Assembly (NCBI RefSeq): GCF_009914755.1
Contig: NC_060926.1
Direction: 5' to 3' (one strand)
Length of the DNA: 64,000 nt
DNA from: the human T2T-CHM13v2.0 reference genome, Homo sapiens
Positions 1 to 16,215 of this stretch are shown here, piece by piece. The stretch's first letter is position 1. Each line of letters starts with the position of its first letter. The notes beneath the pieces were generated by a model. That model did not search any database and was not told where the DNA came from. It saw only the letters and a program-made list of their open reading frames with translations. Both the position numbers and the translations under genes were made by a program.

Positions 1-2642
<2,642 letters not shown>

Positions 2643-3400
2643 GACAGTTTCTCAATGAAAATTATGAAATCTAGAAGGCAGTGGGATGACAGATTTAAAG
2701 TGCTTAAGAAAAAAGTTGTCAACCAAGAATTCCATGTCCAGCAAAACTACTTCTAAATGAAAAAGAAATTAAAACATTTCTAGATAAAGCAAAGCTGAAA
2801 GAGTTCATAATTAGTAGACCTGTCGTACAAGAAATGCTAAAGGGAGTCTCTAAGGCTGAAATAAAAGATCACTAGATAGTAACTGCAAGCCATACAAGGA
2901 AATAAAGAACACTAGTAAAGGTAACTGCATAAGTTAATATAAAATATAATATTTTGGGTTAGTACTCTCTTATTTTCCCTATACATTTCAAAACAAAATG
3001 AATAAACAAAATAAATTTATGTTAATGGGCACACAAGATAAAATGATGTAATTTGTGACAATGACAACATAAGGGGTGGGGACAGAGCTATAAAGGATCC
3101 ACTTAGTGAAGCTAGATTGGAATTAATTAAAATAGATTACTGTATATTTAATATTTGAATTATAATCCCTAGAAAAGGACATAAAAAGGAAATCAAATGA
3201 GTATACTAGAAAAAAATCAGTTAAATACCAAAGAAAGCACCAATAGAGGAAGAGCTGAGAAATTGAAAAGTCATTAGAGTATAGAAAAATAGCAAAATGG
3301 CTGTAATCCCTTGTTTATCAATAATTATGTTAATTGAAATGGATTAAGCTCTCTAATTAAAAGGCAGTGATTGGCAGATTAGATAAAAATACATGATCCA

Positions 3401-3674
3401 GGCTGAGTGTGGTGGCTCACACCTGTAATCCCAGCACTTTGGAAGGCCAAGGTGGGCAGATCACGAGATCAGGAGATCAAGACCATCCTGACCAATATGG
3501 TGAAACAAAAATGAGCCAGATGTGGTGGCATACACCTGTAGTCCCAGCTACTTGGGAGGCTGAGGCAGGAGAATTGTTTGAACCCAGGAACTAGAAGTTA
3601 AAGTGAGCCAAGATCACGCCACTGCACTCCAGCTTGGGCAACAGAGTGAGACTCTATATCAAAAAAAAAAAAAA
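3401..3674 (+). mobile_element. AluS (Sc-like) with about 20-bp internal deletion at the end of the left arm
   Basis: Alu dimer in which 'ggtgaaac|aaaaatgagcc' lacks cccgtctctactaaaaatac; poly-A tail; degenerate TSD ending in atcca. Confidence 0.93.
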
Positions 3675-4768
3675 TTAAATAATCCAAATATATGCTTCCT
3701 ACAAGAGACTGACTCATTTTTGATCCAAAGACCCAAACAGATTGGAAGTGAAAGGATGGAACATGATATTTCATGCAGATATTAATCAAAAGAAAGCTAT
3801 GGTATCTATAACAGTATCAGACAAAATTAACTTTAAGGATAAATTGTTTCAAGAAGCAAAAAGGACATTAAATATTGATAAACTTGTTAATCCATCAAGA
3901 AAGAATAATGATTATAAACATATACACACCTAACAATAGAACTCCAAAACATGAATCAAAATCTGAAAGAGCTGAAGTGAGAAAAAGACAGTTCTACAAG
4001 AATAGTTTGAGACTTCAATACCTCACTCTCAATAATGGCTAGAACTAAACAGATGATCAATAAGGAAATTGAGGGATTGATCAACATGATAAAAGAATTA
4101 GATCTAACAGACATTTTTAGAACTTTCTATAGCATGAGCAGAGCACATATTCTTCTCTAGTGTGCATGAACATTCTCCAGGGTAGACCATATATTAGACC
4201 ACACAATAAACCTCAATAAATTTAAGAAAATTTAAATTATTCAAAGCATCTTCTAAGACTACAATACAATAAAACAATAACAATAACAGAAGGAAAACTG
4301 GGAAATATATAAAATGTGGAAATTAAACAGCATGCTCTTAAACATCAATAGGTCATAGAAGAAATCACATTGGAAATTAGAAAATACATTGTAATAAATG
4401 AAAACAAAAACACAGCATACAAGAACTTATGGGATGCCATGAAGGCAGTGCTCAGAGGGAAAGTTTTAGCTATAAATGCTTACATTTGAAAGAAAAAAAA
4501 ATCTCATATCAATCACCTAACTTTATATCTTAAAGAACAAGAAAATGAAGAGCCAACTAAACCAAAGACTAGCAGAAAGAGAAAAATAATTAGGCTCAGA
4601 ATAGAGATAAATGAAATAGAGAATGGAAAAACAATAGAGAGAATTCATGAAACTAAGAGTGAATTGTTTGAAAAGGTTAACAAAATTAATGATCCTTTAC
4701 CTGGAATGACCAACAGAAAAGAAAGAAGACTCAAAACACTAAAATCAGAAATGAAAGTGCAGACATTA

Positions 4769-5122
4769 TAGTAGTTCCCCACCTTACCTTTGGAGGATAC
4801 ATTCCAAGAACCCACATGGATGCCTGAAACACATATAGTCCCAAACTCTAGGTATACTGTGTTTTTCTTCTTATACATACATATCTGTGATTATGTTTTA
4901 TTTATAACTTATACCCAGTAAGAGATTAATGACAAAACTAGAGATTAACAACAATGACTAATAAAAAATAGAACAATTATAACAATATACTGTAATAAAA
5001 GTTATGCAAATGTGTACTCTCTCTCTCTCATGTGCTCTCTCTCTCTCAAAATATCTTATTATACTGTACCACAGGTAACTAAAACTGCAGAAAGTAAAAC
5101 CATGGATAAAGGAGGACTACTG
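4769..5122 (-). mobile_element. MER44-type Tigger MITE
   Basis: Terminal inverted repeats tagtagttcccc / ggaggactactg, TA duplication at 4767-4768 and 5123-5124; host L1 resumes cleanly. Confidence 0.8.
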
Positions 5123-5429
5123 TACTACCAACATTACAGAAATAAAAAGCATTCTAAGATAATACTATGAACAATTGTACACCAACAAATTACACAATTT
5201 AGACAAAAATTGGAGAATTACTAGAAAAACCCAAACTACAAAAACTTACTAAAGAAAAAATAGAAAATCTAAACCAATCTAGAAGTAAAGTGATTTAATC
5301 AGTATTCAAAAATCTCTACCCTCACTGAGCCCCAAGTCCCCCAAAAAACAAAAGTCAGTATTACCCTAATAGCAAAGCCAAAACATGATGAGAAAATAAC
5401 ACTACAGGCCAATATCCCTTATGAATATA

Positions 5430-5668
5430 CAGATGGTCCCCAACTTATAATATTCAATAAATTCCATGAGATATTCAACACTTTACAATAAGCTTTGTGT
5501 TCAATGATTTTGCCCAACTGAAGGCTAATATGTTTTGAGAATATGTATGGCAGGCTAGGCTAAGCTATGATGTTCAATAGGTTAGGTATATTAAATGCAT
5601 TTTTACAAGATTTTCATCTTTTAAGGAGTTTATCAGGATGTAAGCCCTCGTAAGTCAAGGAGTACCTG
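5430..5668 (-). mobile_element. MER47-type Tigger MITE (internally deleted)
   Basis: TIRs cagatggtccccaactta / taagtcaaggagtacctg flanked by TA; internal 'aggctaggctaagctatgatgttc'. Confidence 0.8.
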
Positions 5669-7589
5669 TAGATACAAAAATTCTCAACAAAATACTAACA
5701 AGCTGAACCCAACAGCATATTAAAAGGATTATATCCCATAACCAAGTGGGATTTATCCTATGAGTACAAGGGTTGTTCAACATATGAAAAGCAGTCAATA
5801 TAATCCACTATGTTAATAGAACAAAGGAAAAAACATAAGACCATCTCACTCGATACAGAAAAAAAGGCATTTTACAAAACCCAACACTCTTTCATGATAA
5901 AAGCACTCAAAAAGTTGAGAATAGAAGGAGACTGCCTCAACATGATAAAAACCACATGTGAAAACCCACAGACAATCTCATACTGATGAAAGACTGCAGA
6001 CTTCCCCCTGGTATCAGGAACAAAACAAGGATGTTCACTTTAGCCACGTCTATTCAACATTTTAGCAGAAGTTCTAGCCAGGGCAATTAGGCAAAAGGGA
6101 AATAAAAGGCATACAAACTGGAGAGGAAGAAGTAAAACTATTCACAGATAACATAATCATATATGTAAAAAATCTTAAAGATTTTCCACAAAAATATTTT
6201 CCACAAATAATTATTAAAGTCAATTTTAAACACAGCAAATTTGCAGGATACAAGATAAATACAAAAATCAGTTGTATTTCTATACACTAACAACGAGTGT
6301 CCAAAAATGAACTAAAGAAAACAATTCCATTTATAATGGTATAAAAAATAAAATATTTAAGGATAAATTTAACAAGAAGGTGTAAGGCTTGTACACTGGA
6401 AAGTATAAAACAATTCTGAAAGAAATTTAAAAAGACCTAAGTAAGCAGAAAGACATCTCATACCCATGGATTAGAGGATTCAATGTTGTAAAGATGGCAG
6501 TACTTCCCAAAGTGATCTGCAGATTCAATTCAACCTCTATCAAAATTCCAGTAATCTTTTTTGGCAGAAATGGAAAAATCTGCCTCTAAAATTGATGTAG
6601 AATTGCAAAAGGGTTCTTGAGTAGCCATAGCAAACTCAAAAAGAAGTACAAAGTGGGAACATAAACACTATTGATTTCAACTTACTACAAAACTACAGGA
6701 AACAAAGCAGTTGGTATGCAATAAACATAGACCTATAGACTAATGGAATCAAACTGAGAGTACAGAAGTAAGTCCATCTATCTATGACCAAATGATTTTT
6801 TGACAAGGGTGTCAAGACCACCAATGGGGAAGTATAGTCTCTTCAACAGATAGTGTCAGGACTAGATATCCATATGCAAACAGTGAAGCTGGACTCCTAC
6901 CTCACACCATGTATAAAGTAATTAACTCAAAATGGAAAATGATAATCATTGGCAAGGATGTGGATAAATTGAAACCCTTACACATTGATGGTGGGGATGT
7001 AAATGTTTCGGCCACTGTAGAAAACAATTTGGTGGCTCCTCAAAAAGTTAGACATAGAATTACCATGTGACCAAGCAATTTCATTCTTACATATGTATAC
7101 AAAAGAATTTTTAAAGGTATCCAAACAAATACTTGTAAAAGAATTTCATAGAAGCACTATTTATGACAGCCAATGAGTGAAAACAACCCAAATGTCCATC
7201 AGTAGATGAATGGATAAACAAATTGTGGCCTATACATATGATGGAATATTAATCAGCCATAAAAAGGAATGAAGTACTGATACATGCTACCATGTGGATG
7301 AACCTCATGAACATTGTGCTAAGTGTGAGAAGCCAGACATAAAAGGTCGCATTTGGTGTAATTCCACTTAAATGAAATATTTAGAATAGATAAATTTATA
7401 GAGACAAGAAGAACATTGGTGACAGCCAGAGGCCAGGGAGAAGTGCAGATTTTATTTTGGAGTGATAAAAATATTGTAGAAGTAGATAAAGGTGGATAAT
7501 GCACAATTTGTATGAAAAGCTACTGAATTTCTCTCTTCAAACGGTTGAGGTTTTTGTTCTGTGAATTTCACCTTGACAACAAAAAATTA

Positions 7590-8302
7590 CTTGGGCATAT
7601 TTGTGTGTCTATTTCTTTATTACGTCCCACTGATTGCTATGTCTGTCCCTCTGCCAAAACCATACTGTCTTGATTCCTGTAGCTGTATGGCCAGCCTTAG
7701 CATCAGGAAGAGTCATTCCTCCTTGTTCTTCTTTTTCACACTGTTTCAGCTATTATAGATCCTTTGTCTAGATGTGTTAAACTTGTCCAAGTCCACAAAA
7801 CAGCCTTACTGGGATTTTAATAAGAATTATGTTAAACCTACAGATCAATTTGGGTAGAATTGACACCTTTATTAGATTGAGACTTTCAACCTATTGACAT
7901 AGCATGTCTCCTCATTTTGATTTTCTTCTATTTCTTTTGTGAACATTTTGAAAATTTCAGCATATAGATCCTTATATGTTTTGTTTGAGGCAGCTAAATA
8001 TTTTATTTGAAGAGATTATTTGTAGTAATGTGATTTTAGTTTTGGTTTTCAAATATTTATTACTGATATGTAGAAAGGTGATATAATTTTCATTGGTGAT
8101 CTTGTACCCCAAAATTTGGATACTCTCACTTATTGTCTCTAGGAGTTGTATTGATAGATTTCTTGAGATTTTCTATGTAGACAATCATGCCAGCTGAATT
8201 ACTTTTCCCTTTCTAATCTGTATGCCTTTTGTACCTTTTTCTTGTCTTACTGCAGTGGCTAGAACCTCCAGTATTGGACAAGAGTGGTGAAAGTGGACAT
8301 TC
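7590..8302 (-). mobile_element. Old L1M ORF2 fragment, antisense
   Basis: T-rich antisense L1 motifs (ccatactgtcttgatt, ttttctatgtagacaatcatg, aagagtggtgaaagtggacat). Confidence 0.75.
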
Positions 8303-9749
8303 TTGGATTATTTTCAATGCTGGGAAGAACATTTGGCCCAGGGAAAACTTTTAACAGCAAAGAAGTTAAGAATTGAAAATGATCATGTAGTAAGGCAGAA
8401 CGGATCTAGGATGCAAGGCAGCAGCATTGTAAGGAATTATCCTGTGGGAAGGGAACATGAGGAGAGGGCCAATAGCAAGCAGGAGAAACACAAAATCAAA
8501 ATAAGGAAAGGGATTTACCAACTCCAGCTTAAGTGATAGAACTGGGTATCTCTCTGTGTAGAGGAAACAAGTGTTTGTCCAAAGAGTTCTGTGTTTGCCT
8601 TGTGGGTAACTACCACCACGTGGATCATTCAGGGTTTAAGACTGTGTCCTCTAGTTAGGGTTATTTCCACCATATTTACCTAAAAATGGGGAAATGTTAA
8701 TACACTGTTCATCTGAGCACTTTAAAAATCTAAATATGTTTATTTTACAAATATCACTTATAGCTAGAAAAATTAAACATTCTATATCAAAACATCAAAT
8801 ATCCTGTATCCAAAGCTTAAAAGTACAATTATCTTCTCAGGACTAATTTGGCCTTCTAATCACTCATCTGCATTTGTATGAGCAAATACTGAATTCGCCT
8901 TTGCTGAAACCTAAGGGCTTCCCCAGGTTATTTTCCTCATCCGAGATGCCTGCCCTCACAGTCTCAGCCACTTCATGTAGTTAGGCACTAATCCACTCTA
9001 TTTTTATGCATTATCACTGGATTTTGAATGGAAATTTACTTGTCTTGAATTCTGGACTTACTGAAGAGGAGCAAAACAGGCTCAGCCACTCTCACTGCCA
9101 CTATCCCAACCAGGCCATACAAAGAGAAAACAGAAATTCAAAAGGAGCACCTAGGACCAGGCGTGTTGGTGGCCACCAGAAGTCCATCTGAATGCGGGGT
9201 CCTTAAGGAGGAACACTGGGGCTTAAGCCCCATCCTTTCTGTGGAGGACCGATTGGGAAGCACTCCCCATTTCCTATAAGTCAAGTGAGGAGGACTCCCA
9301 GGCACATCGGGAGCACCAGCTTCACACTTCCTGCTAAACATTTGCTGAACAACAGCAGCCTCTAGGGCCACCACAGCCTGGCCACCAGAGAAAAGAATAG
9401 TGGGAGAGACCCTAGGTAAGACGGGCTTGTGTCCCTGCAGTGTGGGGACATGTGTGAACATACAGACTTGTGTTTGCTCCTCTCCTGAAAATTCTGAGGC
9501 AGGAGTCTGGCTGGAGCATCCAAGAATGCTGGGCAAGGAAACATGGCAACCATCACCTGGCAAGGTGAGGCAGGAGAAAGTCACCGTTGGGCACGGCAGC
9601 CTCCGAGACACCTTTAGCATACCCGGAGCAAGAGGTCTGTCTGCCAGGTGAGAGAAGGCAATGAGGAGGCTGTGGGCCTGGTCTAAGGGGAGGGGAGTCA
9701 CAGGAGATGGGTGAAAAAGCTTATCACTCAGTCAGCAGGCTGAGCAGTC

Positions 9750-10170
9750 CAGAAGCCCCACCCGGAGATCCAGGGAGGAGCCGCTCGCCCTTCCCCCAGC
9801 CTCCCTGACCCCAGCAGAGATGGCTGCTATCAGCCAACAGAGCACAACAGCAGCACTGGCTAAACAGGCACAACTTCTTACCTTTTTGCTCTCTGATCCT
9901 CCCTCACCCAGAATAGGGATGAAGGAGGGAGGAAGCATGCAAGGACTCCAAATCACGGAACAGCCTGGGAGGAGAGGAAACTGAGACTGGGATGTGAGAT
10001 TGAAGTTTTTATTTAGATTAGATGGCTTTTAACTACTTGGAAGTGAGTGGCAATTATCAAGACAGGACTTACTTGTGAACTCAAAAGCAATCCAGAGGCT
10101 ATGAGATCAGCCTGGGAGTCATTAAGGGGAAGAGAGAATGACCAGGGCACTGCTAGAATAATCAGCGGAG
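9750..10170. mobile_element. Possible very old LTR relic (Gypsy/ERVL-like)
   Basis: Only weak resemblance (gaaactgagactgggatgtgagattgaagtttt); family uncertain. Confidence 0.25.
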
Positions 10171-10226
10171 AAAATGATCCTGTTCCCCGTTTGTACCCCA
10201 CATATTTCAGTCTATTGAAAAATCAG

Positions 10227-10532
<306 letters not shown>

Positions 10533-10659
10533 TCACATGATTAGGAAAAATTAGAACAAGCGGGAAGGTACAGAGACTGAAATAAGGACACCCAGCATCC
10601 ACCCAGCTCTGCCACATATCAGCATTTTGGTATACACTTTTTACATTTTGAAAAATCTT

Positions 10660-11245
10660 TAAACATCAGTGATGAAATTGAAGGCTCGTATTTACCTCTA
10701 AGTGTCCTTAACCCTCCCTGCCTCGGAGTCAATCACTATCCTGAATTGGGCAGCTATCATTCTGCACATGTTTTTATCTTGTTCCTGTATATATATTGGA
10801 CCACAAATAATTTGAAGCTCTGTTTTTCATATTTTCAAACTTTATATTAATAATATCATGCTCCAGGAATCATTGTGCAAATAGATTTCTTGGATTCACC
10901 ATTAGATTATTGAGATGTATCCACTTTAGTTTTATTGATACAGAAAGAGAAATCGAGTGTTTGGATTCATTCATTTAAAAATTCATTTAAGAGTTATAAA
11001 ACTATTCTCTCAATATGTCACAACTACTCATTTGCCTATCAATGGCCATTTAGCTTGTTTCGGATTTTTGTGATTAAAAGCAATTCTGCAGGACACTATT
11101 TTATGCATGTTACCTTGTATATATGCATAAGAGTTTTCCTGGGGGTATACACCTAGACGGTGAATCACTGGGTTACCTTCGTCAGATGCTACCATATTCA
11201 CTCTCAAGCGATTGTTCTCATTTGTATCCTATCAACAGTGATTGA
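10660..11245 (-). mobile_element. Ancient L1ME 3' fragment
   Basis: Antisense L1ME-like motifs (aatcactatcctgaatt, gagttttcctgggggtatacacctag). Confidence 0.6.
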
Positions 11246-11599
11246 AGGCTTCCAACATCAGTTCCCACTCTAGCAGCTGCCTCTTACTCTCTGAGCACCA
11301 GCTAATTGCTCCCAGGCCACCTCATTTCTACGCTTCCTGCTTCTCATAAGATGGGGAATCCAAACCACACAGGTGGGTCTTTCCGCCCTCTCTTTCTGTT
11401 CCACCACTCTGGGATTGCTCTAACCACTTAAAACCAAATAATCTGGCAGATCCCTGCCCACCTAAGCATCTCAACGATTATTTTAAGTTACCAAACTTAT
11501 TGATAAAATCTTATTTTGGTTTATTAAGCTTATTAATTAAATTTTATTGTTTAGGTTGATTTATTTAGGCATCTCTGTTCCTGGTCCCTCTATGATAAT

Positions 11600-11795
11600 T
11601 CAGTGATTCACATAGGAAATGCTTATTTATTGCTACTAAGTGCCAAGCACAGCCCTAGTCACCAGGACTAAAAGGAAAAAAAGAATTCCTGCCAACCTAG
11701 GGCTTTTGATTTATTGGGGAACATAGGTAACAAAAAGTAATCAATCAAACAAACAATGCAATTGCAGGTAGTGATAAGTGCTAGGAATGAAAAAA
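11600..11795 (-). mobile_element. L2 3' fragment
   Basis: atttattgctactaagtgccaagcac...agtgataagtgct pattern typical of antisense L2. Confidence 0.5.
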
Positions 11796-12856
11796 GGGGG
11801 GATGACCTGGGTTCCAGATGGAACAGCCAGCACCAAGTCAGTTCAAGCGGATGGAAGAAACAAGCTGAAGACAGAGAGGAGAGAACCTTTGAGACAGAGT
11901 CCACAGCAAGAGAAGGACCCTAGTGCACGGACAGGCTGGGTGCCATCCAGGAGCATGAAGAAGTGCCCCATGACCAGGACGGACAGACGGAGAGCAGGCA
12001 GGCGCCCCGCCGGGGCCAGCAAGCTGGGGCCCAGCTTCCAGTCCTGTGAGACAACCAGGCAGCATGGTGGTGTGTTCCAAAACAGGACCTGAGAGCTTGC
12101 CCTGCTCTGTAGAGGACACACTGGGAGAGGCGGTGCAAGGGCAGCCATCACAGACCATCTGGGGACACAGCTCTGTCCAGATGAGGGACAGTGACAGCTT
12201 GGACTAGGGAGCCCATAGAGGGCCTCATGCAGAGTGGTGGATCTGGGGCACCTTTGCAAGGCAGCTCGGACAGAACCTATCGGTGGAGTCCCCGAATCCT
12301 TGACTTCTTTCTAGAATTCTCTATTTTCTAGAATGACTGCCTTCCAGGGGAAAATGGACCCAGAGAAGCTTCTGGTCTGGACCTGCTAAGGCTTGCTGCT
12401 CCCCCTGCATCACGGGTGGGTGGGCTGTGATGGCAGCTCCAGCCTCAGCAAACCCATGGAGACAGGAAACCCCACTCCAACACCACAAGGCTTACACTGT
12501 AGTCCTGCTTTCTGCCCTTGAGCCCCCAGACAAGTCTGATCCTGAGGGGATGTGGCTGAGTTTGTCCTGGGGGCTGCTGTCAGTCTCACCCACCCTGAGT
12601 CCTGGGGGCCACACCTCCCCAGCCCTCCAGGCTCTCCCTGCTCACCTCTCTGCCAAGCCCCACACTCAACACGAGTTTTCTCTTCATCTACAGAACTTTC
12701 CAGCCAGTGATTGATTGGTATGGAAACCTTCTCTGGTTTCAGCCAATGATCAGTAGGGCCTGGAATCAATAGCTTTATTCACATTGTGGGGTAAAAGGTT
12801 AATTTGACCCTTTCCTGGGGTATTTTTATATTTCCAGCCTTTAAAACAAGAATGAG

Positions 12857-13155
12857 GGCCAGGCACAGTGGCTCACACCTGTGATCCCAGCACTTTGGGA
12901 GGCTGAGGAGTGCTGATTGCTTGAGGTCATCAGGAGTTTGGGACCAGCCTAGCCAACACGGTGAAAACCCATCTCTACTAAAAATACAAAACTTAGCCTG
13001 GCATGGTGGCATGCACCTATAGTACCAGATACTCAGGAGACTTAGGCAGGAGAATCGCTTGAACCCTGGGAGGCGGAGGCTGCAGTGAGCCAAGATTGCA
13101 CGACTGCATTCCAGCCTGGGTGACAGAGCAAAACTCCATCTCAAAAAAAAAAAAA
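12857..13155 (+). mobile_element. AluS
   Basis: Full Alu dimer with poly-A tail. Confidence 0.95.
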
Positions 13156-13620
13156 GAGTTATGGAAGGGAAGATAGAGGTATTGATGACTGCCTGATGCA
13201 GAGGTGTGGGGAGCGAGGTCATCATTGTGGTGATCATACACAAATTCACATCATGTGCACTAGGAGTGGGAAGTACCTGTCCCTTGCCAAGTCTGTGTGG
13301 GCCATAATGTAGTGAGGATCTGGTGCCCACAACGACAAACCATGCCACATGCCACGATTGATTGGTGATGTCTGCCCTGGGCTGGGGCGGGGCAGTTTGC
13401 CACTCAGGACTGGGATATTGTTTGGCTTTGAGAGAATCTGCTTCTCTGTTTGCATGTGATTCTGCCATGGTCTACTGCACCAGCAGTACACCTAGAAGCA
13501 CATGACTCACACTCACAGTTTTCCAGGTAAGTCATAGACAATGTATATGTGCCTTCAGAGTCAAGCAGAAACTTCTAGCAAGGACACTGTGCTGGAAATC
13601 AGGAGTTCTGCATTTTAGAC

Positions 13621-13831
13621 CAGAATTCCTCAACAATTGCATGGTGACATTTTAGACACAATAATTCTTTGTCATGGGGTCCGTCCTGTGCACCGGGGGA
13701 TGTTTCACAGTACCCCTGGCCTCCAGCCATCAGATACCAGTAGCACCCCTGAAGCCGTGATCATCACAGATGCCTACAGACATCACCAGTGTCCCCTGTG
13801 GGGTAAAATCACCCCCAGTTGAGAGCCACTA
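13621..13831 (-). mobile_element. MER20 (hAT-Charlie MITE)
   Basis: ataattctttgt...gtcccctgtggggtaaaatcacccccagttgagagccact; about 210 bp, near full length. Confidence 0.85.
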
Positions 13832-15730
13832 ATGCAAGGAACCATTGCATATATTGGGGTCTTTTTTCCAGTTGGGTCTAGTCTAAGTGGTCTTACATCC
13901 ACCTGCTCCCCACTCCACCAGGCTACAGTCCTATCATGCTTTGACAATCATCCCTCTCCCTTCAAGCTGCTGAAGCCTCATCGTCTTCATCCCTGAGAGT
14001 GACGGAGAGCCGTCTGCCTCCAATCACAGGGTCCCACCCCAGGGACCTGTTCCCACACCAGCTCCCGCATGCTTCCAGAGCACACCAACATCAGGGCTTT
14101 CTCCTGGCCTTGACCATGTTGCCTGCTTCCTTCTCTCACAGCCGCATGCCGCGAGGCTGCCGTGCAACAGGTCTTTTCCACAGAAACCGCAGTCTAGACG
14201 CATGCTCTAGGCCCTGCAAGGAAATGCGGGCGAAGCTGCAAGTGTGGGTATTATTTCCTATTTTGCTTTTGCAAATGCTTTCTAATTAAAGAAGTTCATT
14301 TCACTCTGAAAAGTCCTCATTCCTTTTTTAAAATGTGTATGCAAAATGCGCAATTTTATAAGCATAATCCTGTTCATTAAGAAAATCTGGCAAAATCTTA
14401 CTCCCTTTTGAGGGCTATTTTCTTAACCTTCGTGGTTAATAAGCATCATTTTTCACCATAAATAATTTCATTCCTATGGTACATTCTATAACAAATGGTG
14501 AAAATTCTCAAGAGATAACTTGGGTGAGCAATCCGGAAGTCCTCAAGAAGGGGGATGTGGCCTTTCCACTTTAGAACGCAGCTTCTCCAGCCTTGTTTTG
14601 TGGATTTTCCCCACCCTCCTCCAGGAAACCACAGAGACCAACCCTCACCATTGCCCTCTCCCTGTGGGCCAACTTCTCAGATGACTCCCGGCCCCAGTGG
14701 AGGGAAGTGCAGACCCAGGCAAGGGTCCCCGCCCTCCCCCAACCGCCAGGGGAGAGAGCCCTCCTGATTCGGCTCAATTCCACACACATTCACCAGCCTC
14801 CCAGAATGAGGCAGAAGCTGACGTGCAAAGAGAAACGCTGAGCTCCTGCTCTCAGGGGCTCACAGCCTGGAAGAAATTTTGCGTGTATTTGTTTTTGAGC
14901 AACTTCTTCCCTGAGAATTGCTCACCTTCAGGGCCCTCCTGGGCTTGAAAGGGGAATTGGCTTCATTCACCTTTGGTAGGGTCCAGAAAGGCTAAGGCAG
15001 ACAGAGACTCGGCTGAAAGGACCTGGAGAATGAGGAATCATTTCTGAGATTCCTGGAGGAGCTCTTTGCAGACAGAGGATGGAGAAAGAGACAATGGGAC
15101 CAGCCCCAGCAAATGCTGGGAGGAGAGAGGTGACCCGGAAGACTCCAGCAGTAGCTGGAGAAGTTTTAGCAACCCAGACATCTACCATTCCTTTTTAGGT
15201 TGTTGTGGGGGCCATTCATTCACCGGCCGGTTCTCGGCCCCGGTGGAACCTGCTACCCGCCTGGAGCACGGGGAAGTGATGGAGCTGAGAGTGTCCGGCA
15301 GGGGCAGTGCAGAGCAGGGACAGCGCCTTCCGTGCAGGGTAAAAAGCCACTGCGAGCCAGGGACAGCTGGCCTCCAAAACCCCCAAGGACGCGGTGGAGG
15401 TACCTTCAGTTAAAAGTGACTACAACTGGGGCTGCTGTGCTGTGAGATCTCAGAAGCCCCAGACAGCTTTGTCCGGACACAGCTGCAGCAGGTAAGTGTC
15501 AGGCGAGGATGGGCGGCACGTTCCAAAGCGGGTGGAGGAGAGAAGGCGGTGGGTCCAGGCTGAAGACAGGCACTCCCTGGAGGTCAGCTCATGAGCGGGA
15601 CCTATGGATCCTGTGGGGTTCAGAGGAGCCCAGAGCTCCCTGTGATTGTGATTACATCAGACTGTGAGCCATGTGTGCGGCGCGTTTCTGGAGAGAGGGC
15701 ATCTGGTTTCCGTCAGATTCCCAAAGGACA

Positions 15731-16022
15731 TTATTACAGGTTGAATTATGTCCTCCAAAATGCATATGTTGAAGTCTAACCTCCAGCACATCTGAATGTG
15801 ACCCTCTTTGGAGACTGAGGCTTTCCAGAGCTAATCAAGCTAAGATGAGGTCATCAGGGTGGGCCCTGATCCAACGCGACTGGGGTCCGTGTAAAGGAAG
15901 ACATTTGGAGACAGACACACATGCAAAGAGAATGTCCCCATGAAGATGAGGACGGCCACCTGCCCACCAGGAGAGGAGCAGCAGCAGACCCCGCCCTCAC
16001 AGCCTCCGAGGAGCCAGCACGA
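15731..16022 (+). mobile_element. MLT1A/B-type MaLR LTR fragment
   Basis: ttacaggttgaattatgtcctccaaaa...taagatgaggtcatcagggtgggccctgatcca. Confidence 0.8.
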
Positions 16023-16025
16023 TGT

Positions 16026-16215
16026 CATGTTCCCTGAAACTCATCTGACGAAGCCCTCACGCCCAGCACCTCAGGAAGGGATTGTATTTGGAGAAGGATC
16101 TTTAAAGAAGTAACTAAGATAAATGAGGCCATCAGGGTAGGCCCTGATCCAATAGGACTGGTATCCTCACACAAAGAGGAGACGAGGACACAGACACACA
16201 AGCAAAGAGATAGGG
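16026..16215 (+). mobile_element. Second MaLR (MST/MLT1A) LTR fragment in tandem
   Basis: gtatttggagaaggatctttaaagaag...gccctgatccaataggactggtatcctc. Confidence 0.7.

Larger units (their letters stand above)
2643..7585 (+). mobile_element. Old L1M/L1MB element (ORF1 end, inter-ORF, degenerate ORF2, L1MB-type 3' end), interrupted by Alu, MER44 and MER47
   Basis: Degenerate ORF1 C-terminus at 2650-2860 (gaaggcagtgggatgac...caaccaagaatt), endonuclease and RT-like sequence at 3.7-6.9 kb, and an L1MB-like 3' UTR 'gaatgaagtactgatacatgctac' at about 7267. Confidence 0.85.

Noticed and set aside
11820-12260. Overlapping 100-138 aa ORFs as a coding exon
   Set aside because: No recognisable protein similarity or convincing splice-site pair.
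12779-13468. 229-aa ORF and other ORFs with [16 protein letters not shown]-type peptides
   Set aside because: Antisense Alu translation.
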